Origin: Candidatus Poribacteria bacterium
Lineage (GTDB): Bacteria > Poribacteria > WGA-4E > WGA-3G
DNA: 64,000 nucleotides
NCBI GenBank assembly: GCA_965205025.1
Contig: CBDBFU010000014.1
Location: forward strand, 32,001 to 96,000
Direction of reading: 5' to 3'
A program made the translations under genes and the position numbers. The notes below the pieces were generated by a model that did no database searches, was not told the DNA's origin, and worked only from the letters and a program-made list of their open reading frames with translations. Of this stretch, positions 39,049 through 49,733 are shown in pieces. Within the stretch, counting starts at the first letter, position 1. Every line of letters begins with the position of its first letter.

Positions 39049-39999
39049 GTGAAGATCAGAAGCATATATTGCTGTATTTTGTCAGTACTAATATTCACAA
39101 GTAGTAGTTTTGCTGTGTATGATGATATTGGTGTAGGAGCTCGTCCACTTGGACTTGGCGGAGCGTTTGTTGCCATAGCAAATGATAGCAATGCTGCTAA
39201 TTATAACGTTGCTGGCTTAGCTTATATTGACGGAATCCACATAGGTGCTACCTATGCACAACGTTTCAACGGACTCATAACATATAATACAATTAGTGGT
39301 ATTCTACCTCTTGGAAAAATTGGCTCGATAGGAGCAAATCTTGGTATACTGGGAGAAGAATCAGACCTATATTCCGAACAGGTAGTACGTTTCTCTTATG
39401 CAAATACTATTTTCAGGCAATTAGCATTAGGTATCAACCTTAAGATGTTGGGGATTTCCTTTGATGCAGAAAACGAATTTGTTGCTGAAAACTCATACTT
39501 TGTTCATACGTCAAGTTCAGCGTTTTCATTTGATGTAGGGTTGCTGACAAAACCATTTAATAGTTTGAATATCGGTGTATCTATTGAGAATCTACTTCCA
39601 GCTGATATGAGTATCTCAGATACACAAACAGATACTGTACCTCAGAATATAAGGATCGGTTTAGCCTACAACCTAAAATCAATTGCAGAGATGAGCGTAC
39701 AAGGAGAAGCAATTACAAACTTGTTAAAAGACACTTTAGGTACAATTGAAGTCACAACACGAAATGGTGAGATCAATACACATATCGGTGTGGAAATCAT
39801 GCTAAACAAGACAATTGGGGTTCGGGGTGGCTACGGTATAAAAAACGCAGGAAATACTGCTTCTACATTTAACTTGGGTGGAAGTGTAAAAATTCCTATA
39901 GGTGGAACAATACCCCAAATAGATTATGGTTTTCAATTATTAACTGGAGATTTCAACGACAACATAACACAACGATTCTCTATTAACTTATTATTCTAA
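39049..39999 (+). CDS. PorV/PorQ-like outer-membrane beta-barrel
   Basis: GVGARPLGLGGAFVAIANDSNAANYNVAGL N-terminal motif; C-terminal Phe. Confidence 0.8.
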   Translation: MKIRSIYCCILSVLIFTSSSFAVYDDIGVGARPLGLGGAFVAIANDSNAANYNVAGLAYIDGIHIGATYAQRFNGLITYNTISGILPLGKIGSIGANLGILGEESDLYSEQVVRFSYANTIFRQLALGINLKMLGISFDAENEFVAENSYFVHTSSSAFSFDVGLLTKPFNSLNIGVSIENLLPADMSISDTQTDTVPQNIRIGLAYNLKSIAEMSVQGEAITNLLKDTLGTIEVTTRNGEINTHIGVEIMLNKTIGVRGGYGIKNAGNTASTFNLGGSVKIPIGGTIPQIDYGFQLLTGDFNDNITQRFSINLLF

Positions 40000-40016
40000 T
40001 ATCAGGATAACATAAA

Positions 40017-41414
40017 ATGAAAAAAATAACTCAATATCTAATACTTCTCATATTTACATTTACTACATTAAGTGGATACAGTGCTGTAACATCAGTTGGA
40101 GAGATTAATGTTGAAGGTGAAACAAAAGGTATTGTTCCTGCAAGCTCTACCATTCCCCTTATCGTATCACTTTCTATTGACAGGTCATTAGCAGAACCGG
40201 GTGAAGAAATAAAGACTATTGAAATTACAATGCCTACCGGTTTTATCACCAAAATAGGGGATTTTAAATATATTACTCGTGATGGAGTAGAACTTATAGC
40301 AAGGGCAGTGATATCTGGTGGAAATATACTAAGAGTTGAGCTTACTAATCCAATAATAGATGACCAAAATGCTTTATACGAAATCGCATTTGACACTCAA
40401 ACACCAAATAATGTCTTTGAAGCAATTTTTAAAGTCTTATTACGTAATAGAGAAGATGTTCCTATTGGAGAATTTATCAGGGAAGGACAAGCAGATGGAA
40501 AATTAAATAATGATGATTTAAATTTACAGGTAATTCCTAATGTACCACCTGCACCTGTAACTGATTTCATAGTCGAAGCTGATACAACTGGAGAAAATGA
40601 CGTAACTCTAAGATGGCAAAAATCCATTGACCCTGATGTTAATGGGTATATAATCTATAGAAATAAAGAATTTACGATCAATGTTGAAAAACGGTCATCA
40701 ACTACCTATCGAGATGTAAATGTCTCTCCTGGAAACCACACATATCAGATTACTGCATATAAGACTATTTTCCTTCAATCCATCCGTTCGCCAATACAAA
40801 CTGTTGAGGTATTAGAAGATACAGCTGCTCCAGAACCACCCACTGCCCTTCGCGTTGTCACCTCAAATGAAGGAGTAGAGGTGTTTTGGATGGGAAGTGT
40901 TAGTCGTGACGTTTCCACTTATAAAGTATTGTTTAGTTCCACCGACTTTGAGAATCTAAAAACTTTCCCCGATGGTGAAATATCTGCAGAAAAACGTGCC
41001 AACGAATCCCCTGAATATAGATATATTGATACACGTCTATTGGAAATTGGTAGTTTCACTTATGCCGTTGTTGCCATTGACGAAGCAGGTAATGAATCTT
41101 CTCCTATAAAAAAGAGATATCGTGTTTTTGATAAACCTTATCCAAATCCATTTACCCCTCTCTCAAATGATCCAGATTTCAACACTGTTATCTTTCCTGC
41201 CAGAGTCGTGGAGGATGCCGATGGAGAGTTTAGTGTTCTTCTTTTTAATTTGAATGGTGTACTAATTAGAACATTAAATGCCCAAATTGGGGAAACTGAA
41301 TTAAAATGGGATGGTAAGAATGAAAATGGGGAAATCGTGGAAAGCGGTATCTACTTATACCAATTACAAGTTGGTGATAACTATAAAACTGGAACCATCA
41401 TATTAGCAAAATAG
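40017..41414 (+). CDS. Secreted FN3-repeat protein with T9SS-CTD/FlgD-Ig-like C-terminal domain
   Basis: Signal peptide; FN3 motifs (VTLRW, YAVVAIDEAGNES); PYPNPFTP...WDGKNENGEIVESGIYLY tail. Confidence 0.8.
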   Translation: MKKITQYLILLIFTFTTLSGYSAVTSVGEINVEGETKGIVPASSTIPLIVSLSIDRSLAEPGEEIKTIEITMPTGFITKIGDFKYITRDGVELIARAVISGGNILRVELTNPIIDDQNALYEIAFDTQTPNNVFEAIFKVLLRNREDVPIGEFIREGQADGKLNNDDLNLQVIPNVPPAPVTDFIVEADTTGENDVTLRWQKSIDPDVNGYIIYRNKEFTINVEKRSSTTYRDVNVSPGNHTYQITAYKTIFLQSIRSPIQTVEVLEDTAAPEPPTALRVVTSNEGVEVFWMGSVSRDVSTYKVLFSSTDFENLKTFPDGEISAEKRANESPEYRYIDTRLLEIGSFTYAVVAIDEAGNESSPIKKRYRVFDKPYPNPFTPLSNDPDFNTVIFPARVVEDADGEFSVLLFNLNGVLIRTLNAQIGETELKWDGKNENGEIVESGIYLYQLQVGDNYKTGTIILAK

Positions 41415-41640
41415 AGTGATTTCTTAAGATAACAAACTTGATAATTTTGTATATTACAAGGAAGAATCTAAATTATTTTACTCATGTAGAAGGATAAATA
41501 AATGAATATGGACTGTCATTGACATCCAATTAATACCGAAAAACGCACATCATTTAATGTTTTTAATTAACATTAGAAACATTTGACTTATGATATAATC
41601 ATATATATACTATAATCAACCCATTTCTAAAGGAGTTATT

Positions 41641-42663
41641 ATGAACAGAATAAAAACATCCCACAATAAATTATCTTATTGCTTAATTGCGATAATTTCT
41701 ACTGCTATTATTGCCTTTCCTGTAACAGCAGAATGGACTATAGTCCAAGAAAATGATCCAGCTATTCGCGATTATATGGCTATAACATTTACAGATGGTA
41801 AGACCGGATGGGTTGCTGGGGCAGATGTTCTTGAAGATTTTGAAAACCCTGGATTTATCGGTTATTCCTTTAACGGTGGTAAGTCTTGGCATAAATCCGA
41901 AATTAAAATTCCAGCAGAACTAACAGGTATCTACTTTCTGGATGCAGACCACGGTTGGGCAATCGGTCAAAAAGGTCTTATAACCAATACAACAAACGGA
42001 AAAGATTGGGATATACAAATTAGCAAAGTCGACACAACTTTGAGAAGTATCTATTTCGTCAACAAAGATGTAGGGTATGCTGTTGGAGAAAATCAAACAA
42101 TTCTATCATCAAAAAATGGTGGACGAACATGGAAAGTTCTTGACGGTGGAATTGTTGGGAACGTTGGTGATGACGAAACAAGTATGTTCAATGCAATGCA
42201 ATTTCTTGATGAATCAACTGGTTGGATTGCCGGTATACGAGTTTTCCCTGCTAAGAAGCAACAAAAAACTATTATACAAAAGACTATTGATGGTGGACAA
42301 ACTTGGACTCTTCAAGAAACCGGAAAAGAAGACATTATCGAAGACATCTTCTTCATTGATGAATCAAATGGATGGGCTGTCGGAGAAAATGGCTTGATTC
42401 TTCACACAAATAACAGTGGTAAAACATGGACAGACCAGATGAGTGGTACTGAGGAGACGATACGTAGTGTAGCTTTTGCAGATAGTAAAGTTGGATGGGC
42501 TGTCGGTGGAGACTTTGGTGTCGGTGTAATACTAAGTACTACTGATGGAGGACAATCATGGACTGTAGAAACACAGAAACAAAAAATGGTCAAAGTCCAT
42601 GTATTAGATAAAAAGAATGCATGGTTAGCTGGAGCGAGTGGTCTTATATTAAAATCAAAATAG
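41641..42663 (+). CDS. Ycf48-like/BNR-repeat beta-propeller, secreted
   Basis: Repeated GWAVG and TxDGGxTW Asp-box motifs; signal peptide. Confidence 0.85.
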   Translation: MNRIKTSHNKLSYCLIAIISTAIIAFPVTAEWTIVQENDPAIRDYMAITFTDGKTGWVAGADVLEDFENPGFIGYSFNGGKSWHKSEIKIPAELTGIYFLDADHGWAIGQKGLITNTTNGKDWDIQISKVDTTLRSIYFVNKDVGYAVGENQTILSSKNGGRTWKVLDGGIVGNVGDDETSMFNAMQFLDESTGWIAGIRVFPAKKQQKTIIQKTIDGGQTWTLQETGKEDIIEDIFFIDESNGWAVGENGLILHTNNSGKTWTDQMSGTEETIRSVAFADSKVGWAVGGDFGVGVILSTTDGGQSWTVETQKQKMVKVHVLDKKNAWLAGASGLILKSK

Positions 42664-42761
42664 GAGAATTCCTGTTAGGTCTAATTACAAGCTCTGGGAC
42701 ATATTACGAATGTTTAGATATTCAAGACATACGATAACAGAATTATATAAGGAGGGACATT

Positions 42762-43934
42762 TTGGGTAGTCCTACTTTCGCCAAGCGTATGAGTCGCTTG
42801 GGAACTGAATCCGCGTTTGAGGTACTCGCCAAAGCAAAAAGCTTAGAAGCCCAGGGCAAAGACATTATTCATTTAGAGATAGGTCAGCCCGATTTTTCGA
42901 CACCTATGAATGTCTGTGAGGCAGCATTCAAGGCGATGAAAGAAGGTCATACGGGTTATTGTCCATCGGCAGGACTACCTGAATTCCGAGAAGTTGCTGC
43001 ACACCACATATCTGAAACGCGCGGTATTGAAATACATCCAGATGAAGTTACCGTAACACCCGGTGCTAAACCCATCATCTTTTTTACAATCTTAGCATTA
43101 GTTGATGATGGAGATGAAGTTATATACCCAGAACCGGGCTTCCCTGTATATGAATCTGTTATTGATTTTATTGGTGGTAAACCAGTACCACTTCCCTTAA
43201 GAGAAGAAGTCGACTTCCGTTTTAAAATTGATGATTTAGTTGATTCTATTACTGAAAATACAAAACTGCTTATACTTAACTCTCCCCAAAATCCTACCGG
43301 AGGAACTCTAACTGAATCAGACCTTGCAGTAATAGCAGAGCTGGTAGAAAAACATAAGTTTTATGTTCTAACTGATGAAGTGTATTCAAGACTCCTCTAC
43401 GAAGGAACTCACCATAGTATACTCAGTATACCTGGAATGAAAGAACATACGATTCTAATTGAAGGTCATTCAAAAACATATGCTATGACAGGTTGGCGTC
43501 TTGGATATGGTATAGCACCAAAAGAAATCGCAGATAAAATCACTCAATTGACAATAAACTCAAATTCATGCACTGCAACATTCACACAAATTGCTGGAAT
43601 AGAAGCACTCACCGGACCACAAACTTTCGTTTCAGAAATGGTAGCAGAATTTCAAGTACGACGTGATGTAATCGTTGATGGGTTAAATGCAATTAAAGGC
43701 ATGAGTTGTGTGAAGCCATTTGGTTCTTTCTATGTATTTCCAAATGTGACTGAGCTGCCCCTTTCTTGTGAAGATCTGGCAGATTATCTAATGGAGGAAG
43801 TTGGAGTTGCTCTATTACCTGGGACAGCATTTGGTAAATATGGTGATGGATATCTACGTCTTTCGTATGCGAATTCATTGGATAACATTAATGATGCATT
43901 ACGAAGAATGGAATCTGCTATTTCAAAGTTATAG
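42762..43934 (+). CDS. PLP-dependent class I/II aminotransferase (aspartate aminotransferase-like)
   Basis: GQPDF, NSPQNPTG, DEVY, SKTYAMTGWRLGY; GGAGG SD before TTG. Confidence 0.93.
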   Translation: MGSPTFAKRMSRLGTESAFEVLAKAKSLEAQGKDIIHLEIGQPDFSTPMNVCEAAFKAMKEGHTGYCPSAGLPEFREVAAHHISETRGIEIHPDEVTVTPGAKPIIFFTILALVDDGDEVIYPEPGFPVYESVIDFIGGKPVPLPLREEVDFRFKIDDLVDSITENTKLLILNSPQNPTGGTLTESDLAVIAELVEKHKFYVLTDEVYSRLLYEGTHHSILSIPGMKEHTILIEGHSKTYAMTGWRLGYGIAPKEIADKITQLTINSNSCTATFTQIAGIEALTGPQTFVSEMVAEFQVRRDVIVDGLNAIKGMSCVKPFGSFYVFPNVTELPLSCEDLADYLMEEVGVALLPGTAFGKYGDGYLRLSYANSLDNINDALRRMESAISKL

Positions 43935-43953
43935 ATAAGTAGGTGTATTTTGA

Positions 43954-44871
43954 ATGTCTCGAAGAATAACTGCTCGGATCCCTGCGAGTACAACAAATTT
44001 GGGTCCAGGATTTGATGTATTAGGTCTTGCATTAAAACTATATAGTACTATTACATTAGAAATAACTGAGAATAACACTGAAGTGATTGTAACAGGTGTA
44101 GACGCGGAGAAAATACCCAGTTCTACTGAAAATGTTGCATTTCAAGCAGTAAAATCCATATATTTACGAAGTGGGACACCACTACCAAATGGACTCAGAT
44201 TAAGCATTTCCAATGGAATTCCTGCAATACGAGGTTTAGGTGGTAGTGGGACTGCTATTCTTGGTGGAATGTTGACTGCAAATGTGTTGTGTGGAAACCC
44301 ATTCACAAATACAGATATTCTTGATTTTGCATCGGCTATAGAAGGTCATCCTGATAATGTGGCTGCCTCACTATACGGTGGTTTAGTCATTTCAATGCAA
44401 GAACATGAACACATACACACAATCAAATTGCATTGTGATCCATCACTATACATAGTATTCGCCATCCCAGAATTTACCTTATCTACTAAAAAAGCAAGAG
44501 ATATTCTGCCAAAAACTGTAGATTTCACTGACGCGATTTATAACATCAGTAGAAGTTCTATGCTGATTGCAAGTATAGCAACTGGAAAACTGGAAAATTT
44601 ATCTTTTGCCATGGCAGATAGACTCCACCAACCTTATCGAAGTTCATTAATTCCTGGTTTTGACAATGTTGTTGATGCTGCAATTTCTGCAGGAGCATTA
44701 AGTATAGCATTAAGCGGTGCCGGTCCAACCATAGCAGCATACTGTTTGGAAAATATAGATGACATTGGAATTGAAATGCATAAGGCATTTAAACATCATA
44801 ATATCAATTGTGAGATAAAAACACTTACACCTGATTTAGATGGAGCCTTAGTTTCTATTAAAGATGACTAA
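43954..44871 (+). CDS. thrB: Homoserine kinase
   Basis: PASTTNLGPGFDVLG, RGLGGSG, EGHPDNVA, DRLHQPYR, LSGAGPT. Confidence 0.95.
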   Translation: MSRRITARIPASTTNLGPGFDVLGLALKLYSTITLEITENNTEVIVTGVDAEKIPSSTENVAFQAVKSIYLRSGTPLPNGLRLSISNGIPAIRGLGGSGTAILGGMLTANVLCGNPFTNTDILDFASAIEGHPDNVAASLYGGLVISMQEHEHIHTIKLHCDPSLYIVFAIPEFTLSTKKARDILPKTVDFTDAIYNISRSSMLIASIATGKLENLSFAMADRLHQPYRSSLIPGFDNVVDAAISAGALSIALSGAGPTIAAYCLENIDDIGIEMHKAFKHHNINCEIKTLTPDLDGALVSIKDD

Positions 44872-44933
44872 ATTTCATTATGGGAAGTTGTCAATAGTGA
44901 TATATTTGACAGTGATATTTAGGGTTGCTTTTT

Positions 44934-47669
44934 ATGAATATTTATGAAGAGAGTATAGCTTTTCTGATAAACCAATACGATACTGATCTTGAATACGGTT
45001 TAAGTCAATCCGCTGTAAAAGATCTTCAAGAACGTTATGGTTTAAATAAAGTAAATACTAAGACTGGGACAGCAGAATTTACTTCTCTTATACATCAGAT
45101 ATTAAACTGGAGAATACTCCTATTGGCACTCACAACTGCTGTGTTTGCTTATACAAATGATATAATCAATACAGCATTAATAGGTGTGATTTTCCTTTTT
45201 ACACTGATTGGAGGAATTATACTTGTACTAAGTTTTCGCTATTCCCAACAGCGTAGAGTGAACAAATTTAAGATAAGCGTCTCAGTAATTCGTGAAGGTA
45301 AACAAGAGAAATGTGATCCGTCAGATATTGTACCAGGTGACCTAATTATACTAAAACCTGGGGACTATATACCAGCTGATGCCCGTATTGTTGAGGCTGA
45401 TGGACTAACAGTTATTGAGTCAGCATTATTTGGAAGCAGCGGTTCTGCAGCAAAAACAAGTATAGAATTAACTGAACCAGGTCTACCTCCAGAAAAACAA
45501 ATTAATATGGTGTTTGGAGGTACTTATGTAGATGCAGGAATCGGACAAGCGATTGTAGTACGAACTGGAAACCAATTGGTGATGTTTCAAGATCAAGGTA
45601 AAGCACGTTCGCTGCCCAATGAGATGACAGTTGCAGAAAATCAGCTAAAGTTTTATGTAGATGTCCTAAAGATTTCAGGTTTAGTTGTTGGTGGCATTGC
45701 TGTTGCCATTCTATGGTGGGGAAAATCTCAACAAAACACACCTAATTGGGTTGAATTAGTCCAATTTGGTTTAGTGTTTGCTATCGCTGCTACCCCATTC
45801 AATTTACTAATACTATTACATTCATATCTCAATCAGAAGGCATCAAAGTTGGTTAATTTTGGTATAGTATTACGAAATCATCATTTCCTTGAAAAATTGA
45901 ACCGTCTTACGGCATTATGTACAGATGAAAGAGGTATAACAAGTACACGATCTCTAACCATTTCCAATATCTTCGTTGATGAACAAATTGTTAACCGAAC
46001 ACAATGGGATAATTGGGTTTCATCGCTTGAGAATCAAACTCCAGAAGAGAAAAGTGAAAGGATTAACTCTATTCCACCCGGATATCAAATACCTCAAGGA
46101 GCCCCAGGATTAGTTTTAACTGCTGGTCTTGGAACCAGCGGGGAACGTTTCTATGACAGATCTGATTTAGATCATGCACACCAACAGGTTATTCAAGAGA
46201 CTATGGATAAACTTGGATTCCAGTTGAACAATCTAAAGACAAATATGCAACTTGTCGCTGAATATCCTTGGACCCCTAACTTTGGATATGAATTACATGT
46301 GTTTGAATCAGGAAATGAAGAATATCTTAACATTATCTTTGGAAATGCAAGGAATGTTCTTGAGGCATGTGATTCAATACTTATAAATGGGGAAATGAGT
46401 CAATTCAATTATGATCAATACGAAATGTGCAGTGAGATACTTAATTATCTACAAAATTCAAGAGACTCTGTTTATGGAGTAGCATCTTTACATTCTGAAA
46501 CAAGTCTATCACCACAAGAAGTCCAGGGAATATCTACTTTTTTAGGTTTTATCAGTTTCTCTGTTACTGATAATGTTGAAACAAAAGAAGTGGTTAAGTC
46601 ATTCCTTGATACAGGACTGAAAGTTATTCTAATTAGTGATAGTGATGAACAATCTACGACAGACATAGCAAAAGAACTCGGTCTCGTCCATACTCGAAAC
46701 GCGGTTGCAACAAGACAAGAGCTTATGCAACTTACTACACAAGAATTTGATAGAGATGTACCAAATTGGAATGCATATTCTCAACCGACAGACGAACAAC
46801 GGAGAAATGTAGTCTTAAGTCTAAAACGACATAATCATACAGTAGGATATTTAGGACAAAATGCAAACGATCAACGGGCAATGGTTTCTGCTGATCTTGC
46901 TTTTGCTGATGTAAGAAATGCAAGCCATTTTGCTCAAGATCATGCCGACTGCTTAATAATAGAGAAAGGTTTTAAGGCAATTAAGGATTCACTATTATTG
47001 GCACGGAAGGCGTATCACAACCTCTCAGGATCACTCCGATGGTGTTTTTCATGTACTTTCGCACAATTTTTTACTGCTATCTTTGGTTTAATACTATATG
47101 CAGGATTCAAAATTGAGCTGCCTTTTACCCTATCACAAATTGTGTGGGTTCAGTTCTTAACAACTATGGTTCCTGTTATTGGGTTAGGATATGAGAAAGT
47201 CGCAATGAATGAAAAACAAAACCAACCTGGTAGGGCAACACAACTATTTCCAAATATGTCAGTCCTGGATATCGTATGTAGAAGTCTTGTCATCAGTCTA
47301 ATGACAATAATACATTTCTTATTAATGACAACTTCTGTTTTTGAATCTACTCTTGAAGAGGCACGGACGGCTGCCTGTACCACACTAATTCTTACTCAGA
47401 TTATAGTATATTTTCAATGTACACGTTACCCATGGGAATCGCTGTTTAAAAGGATGTTCTCTAATGTACGCTTCTTTATAATATCAATAATCGTAATTGG
47501 AATTCAGACAGGAGCAATCTATCTTGAACCGGTTAATGATGTATTCCAGTTTACAGCACTTGAGAATGAATGGATAGTGTCAGCATTATGTAGTCTAATT
47601 TTATTGTTGCTACCATTGAATTTAGCAATCAATCCTCGTAAAGATAGATTCTATACCCAGAATCCGTAA
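44934..47669 (+). CDS. P2-type ATPase homolog with degenerate catalytic motifs
   Basis: Overall P-type layout (YGLN, IVPGD, IPADAR, NMVFGGT, QIVWV). DKTGT reads DERGI, TGES reads FGSS, TGD reads SDS, GDGxND reads GQNAND. Confidence 0.8.
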   Translation: MNIYEESIAFLINQYDTDLEYGLSQSAVKDLQERYGLNKVNTKTGTAEFTSLIHQILNWRILLLALTTAVFAYTNDIINTALIGVIFLFTLIGGIILVLSFRYSQQRRVNKFKISVSVIREGKQEKCDPSDIVPGDLIILKPGDYIPADARIVEADGLTVIESALFGSSGSAAKTSIELTEPGLPPEKQINMVFGGTYVDAGIGQAIVVRTGNQLVMFQDQGKARSLPNEMTVAENQLKFYVDVLKISGLVVGGIAVAILWWGKSQQNTPNWVELVQFGLVFAIAATPFNLLILLHSYLNQKASKLVNFGIVLRNHHFLEKLNRLTALCTDERGITSTRSLTISNIFVDEQIVNRTQWDNWVSSLENQTPEEKSERINSIPPGYQIPQGAPGLVLTAGLGTSGERFYDRSDLDHAHQQVIQETMDKLGFQLNNLKTNMQLVAEYPWTPNFGYELHVFESGNEEYLNIIFGNARNVLEACDSILINGEMSQFNYDQYEMCSEILNYLQNSRDSVYGVASLHSETSLSPQEVQGISTFLGFISFSVTDNVETKEVVKSFLDTGLKVILISDSDEQSTTDIAKELGLVHTRNAVATRQELMQLTTQEFDRDVPNWNAYSQPTDEQRRNVVLSLKRHNHTVGYLGQNANDQRAMVSADLAFADVRNASHFAQDHADCLIIEKGFKAIKDSLLLARKAYHNLSGSLRWCFSCTFAQFFTAIFGLILYAGFKIELPFTLSQIVWVQFLTTMVPVIGLGYEKVAMNEKQNQPGRATQLFPNMSVLDIVCRSLVISLMTIIHFLLMTTSVFESTLEEARTAACTTLILTQIIVYFQCTRYPWESLFKRMFSNVRFFIISIIVIGIQTGAIYLEPVNDVFQFTALENEWIVSALCSLILLLLPLNLAINPRKDRFYTQNP

Positions 47670-49603
47670 GTGGGTATACCTGCTATTATACCAAGAATAG
47701 TCCATAAACTTCCTACTGTAAATTCACCAAGAATAAGTCCTAAAAAGAAGGGGGCAATTTTACGATATTTTACAGGTCCTCCGTATTTTAATATTATCCA
47801 TTTAATTAACCAACTCATGAAAAGGCAGCTCCATGTTACATGCATTCCCCAACTTGTTGATATCGCAAATCCTGCTGGATGAAATGGCCACCAAACAAAT
47901 CGCATTCGGAACATCATTAATATAGATGTTAGTATAAAGCCTATACCCATAAATATGCTTTCCGGTATTTCTGGGTCTGTGGGGGATTGAAGCCAACCAG
48001 CTAAACGGCGATAAGGTTCAATTCCAAATGCACTCAAAGAAGGCCAATACGCACGAACTTCCATACCTAAACTATGTCCCCTATCAATTAGTGCCCAAAA
48101 ACCTGCTAACGACCCTAAAACACTTGCCAATACCACCGCTACTATTATCCGACGCATACTCATCTTAGTACGCTCCATTATCTTAAAACCTTCTAATTGA
48201 TGAGGCATCGGATGACTTCGATATGCCCGGTTGATAAACCAGAACATTGAGAACATAATTAGATTATCTCTACCTAATCGACGGGTTCCTACTACACGCG
48301 TTAATATCTCATCAGGACCCGAATAGTGTAAATCATGAACAGGAGTTCCCAATTCAGCACGCATACGGGTAATCGCTATAGAGATCATATAATATATTAC
48401 GAAAAACCCAAGCATCACACCTAAATTTGCACCACCGTAATAACAGAAGAGAACTAAAAATGTCATTACAATAATGAATCCAATAATAGCTGTCCTATAT
48501 GATATTGCTTCTTCTGAATCTTCAGGTGATTTACCTCTTCTAACCAAAATATGTCCTACATTGAGTAAATGACGCCGACTTGCCCAAAGTGCCAATACAC
48601 ATAATGCCAAATATCCACCAGATGCTTGCTCATTCATATATGGGAAACGTGGCATGCTACGAAAACCAAACATAGCACCCCCCACCCGCATAAATCGCCA
48701 GAACCAAAAGAAAAACCAACATGAGAATGAAAGATCAAGTGGAATGAAAAAACCTAATCCAATAGCAAACGGATAGAGAGAAATGGGTATGTTCCCCATT
48801 GCATTCCATGGACTGTCGGTAAAGAGTGGATAGCTACGGATACGAGTACGTAACTCAGGCAATACTGGGTAAAGAAAATTCATTCCATTCCACAATGCTA
48901 AGCCACCGGCAACGCCAAATCCTAACCACATAATCTTATTCTGAAAAAAGTGGTTGTTTCTGGTTTCTGTTAGATGAAGTGGAAGATGGATGATCGGATA
49001 ACTTAATTTCTCATATTCAATCCACTGTTTCCTAATAATTATATTAATGCATAGCATTCCTAAAACCAGCATACTGATAAAGGTCGTCCACCATAGAACA
49101 GGAGTTGCCCAACCCAGTAGTGATTCAAATGTATAAAGTGGTTGATCTCCTTCATAATACCCTTGTAATAAACGAGGACTATCAATGGTAAGCCATTCCG
49201 GGAGAAATGGAACAAATAGTTGATGCCATTCATTTTCTGGAGATGCAAAACGGAATGCATGACCTAACATAGGAACTAATATTTCAAGCATATCATGTCC
49301 TGTTATCCCTGAGGCAATTGACAACATCAGATAGACAATTACAAGTTCGCTTTGTATTAATGCCATTTTTGGTATAAAACGACGCAGTAACTGATTGAAA
49401 CCAACAAGTAAGAATAGACTAAAGATAACATTAAAAAAGAGAGATATGGTAACGGGGTGACCAGAATAACGAATTACTTCCATTTCAATCACCCAATAGC
49501 AATTGATAGGAATAAGGATAGTAGAAATTAGAATAGATTTAAGGGTTACACCGTGGGTAGGAATTTCGTGAGAACTTAGCAGTGTGGATTTTCGGTCTTC
49601 CAT
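47651..49603 (-). CDS. DUF6785/DUF6784-type (OPT-like) polytopic membrane protein
   Basis: Many TM helices; RKQWIEYEKLSYPI, RMRAELG, WWPFHPAGF, YGG...PFFLGLILGE motifs. Confidence 0.75.
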   Translation of the reverse strand: MEDRKSTLLSSHEIPTHGVTLKSILISTILIPINCYWVIEMEVIRYSGHPVTISLFFNVIFSLFLLVGFNQLLRRFIPKMALIQSELVIVYLMLSIASGITGHDMLEILVPMLGHAFRFASPENEWHQLFVPFLPEWLTIDSPRLLQGYYEGDQPLYTFESLLGWATPVLWWTTFISMLVLGMLCINIIIRKQWIEYEKLSYPIIHLPLHLTETRNNHFFQNKIMWLGFGVAGGLALWNGMNFLYPVLPELRTRIRSYPLFTDSPWNAMGNIPISLYPFAIGLGFFIPLDLSFSCWFFFWFWRFMRVGGAMFGFRSMPRFPYMNEQASGGYLALCVLALWASRRHLLNVGHILVRRGKSPEDSEEAISYRTAIIGFIIVMTFLVLFCYYGGANLGVMLGFFVIYYMISIAITRMRAELGTPVHDLHYSGPDEILTRVVGTRRLGRDNLIMFSMFWFINRAYRSHPMPHQLEGFKIMERTKMSMRRIIVAVVLASVLGSLAGFWALIDRGHSLGMEVRAYWPSLSAFGIEPYRRLAGWLQSPTDPEIPESIFMGIGFILTSILMMFRMRFVWWPFHPAGFAISTSWGMHVTWSCLFMSWLIKWIILKYGGPVKYRKIAPFFLGLILGEFTVGSLWTILGIIAGIPTYGFWV

Positions 49604-49637
49604 TTAATTGGATATTTCACGGTAGTAATTTATATGT

Positions 49638-49666
49638 AGTCTATCCTATCGGATTCCACTTGTCAA
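49638..49666 (-). promoter_or_regulatory. Sigma70 promoter of the DUF6785-type gene
   Basis: TTGACA-17-TAGACT. Confidence 0.65.
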
Positions 49667-49733
49667 CTGCTAATTATCCAGTTGTATCTATCATTACAGG
49701 TCAGTCAAACAAAGACAGTCACATTATATGTAA

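Noticed and set aside
44889-44920. TGTCAA-N11-TTGACA inverted repeat and AGTGATAT direct repeat before the P-type ATPase
   Set aside because: Short motifs in AT-rich DNA, plausible by chance
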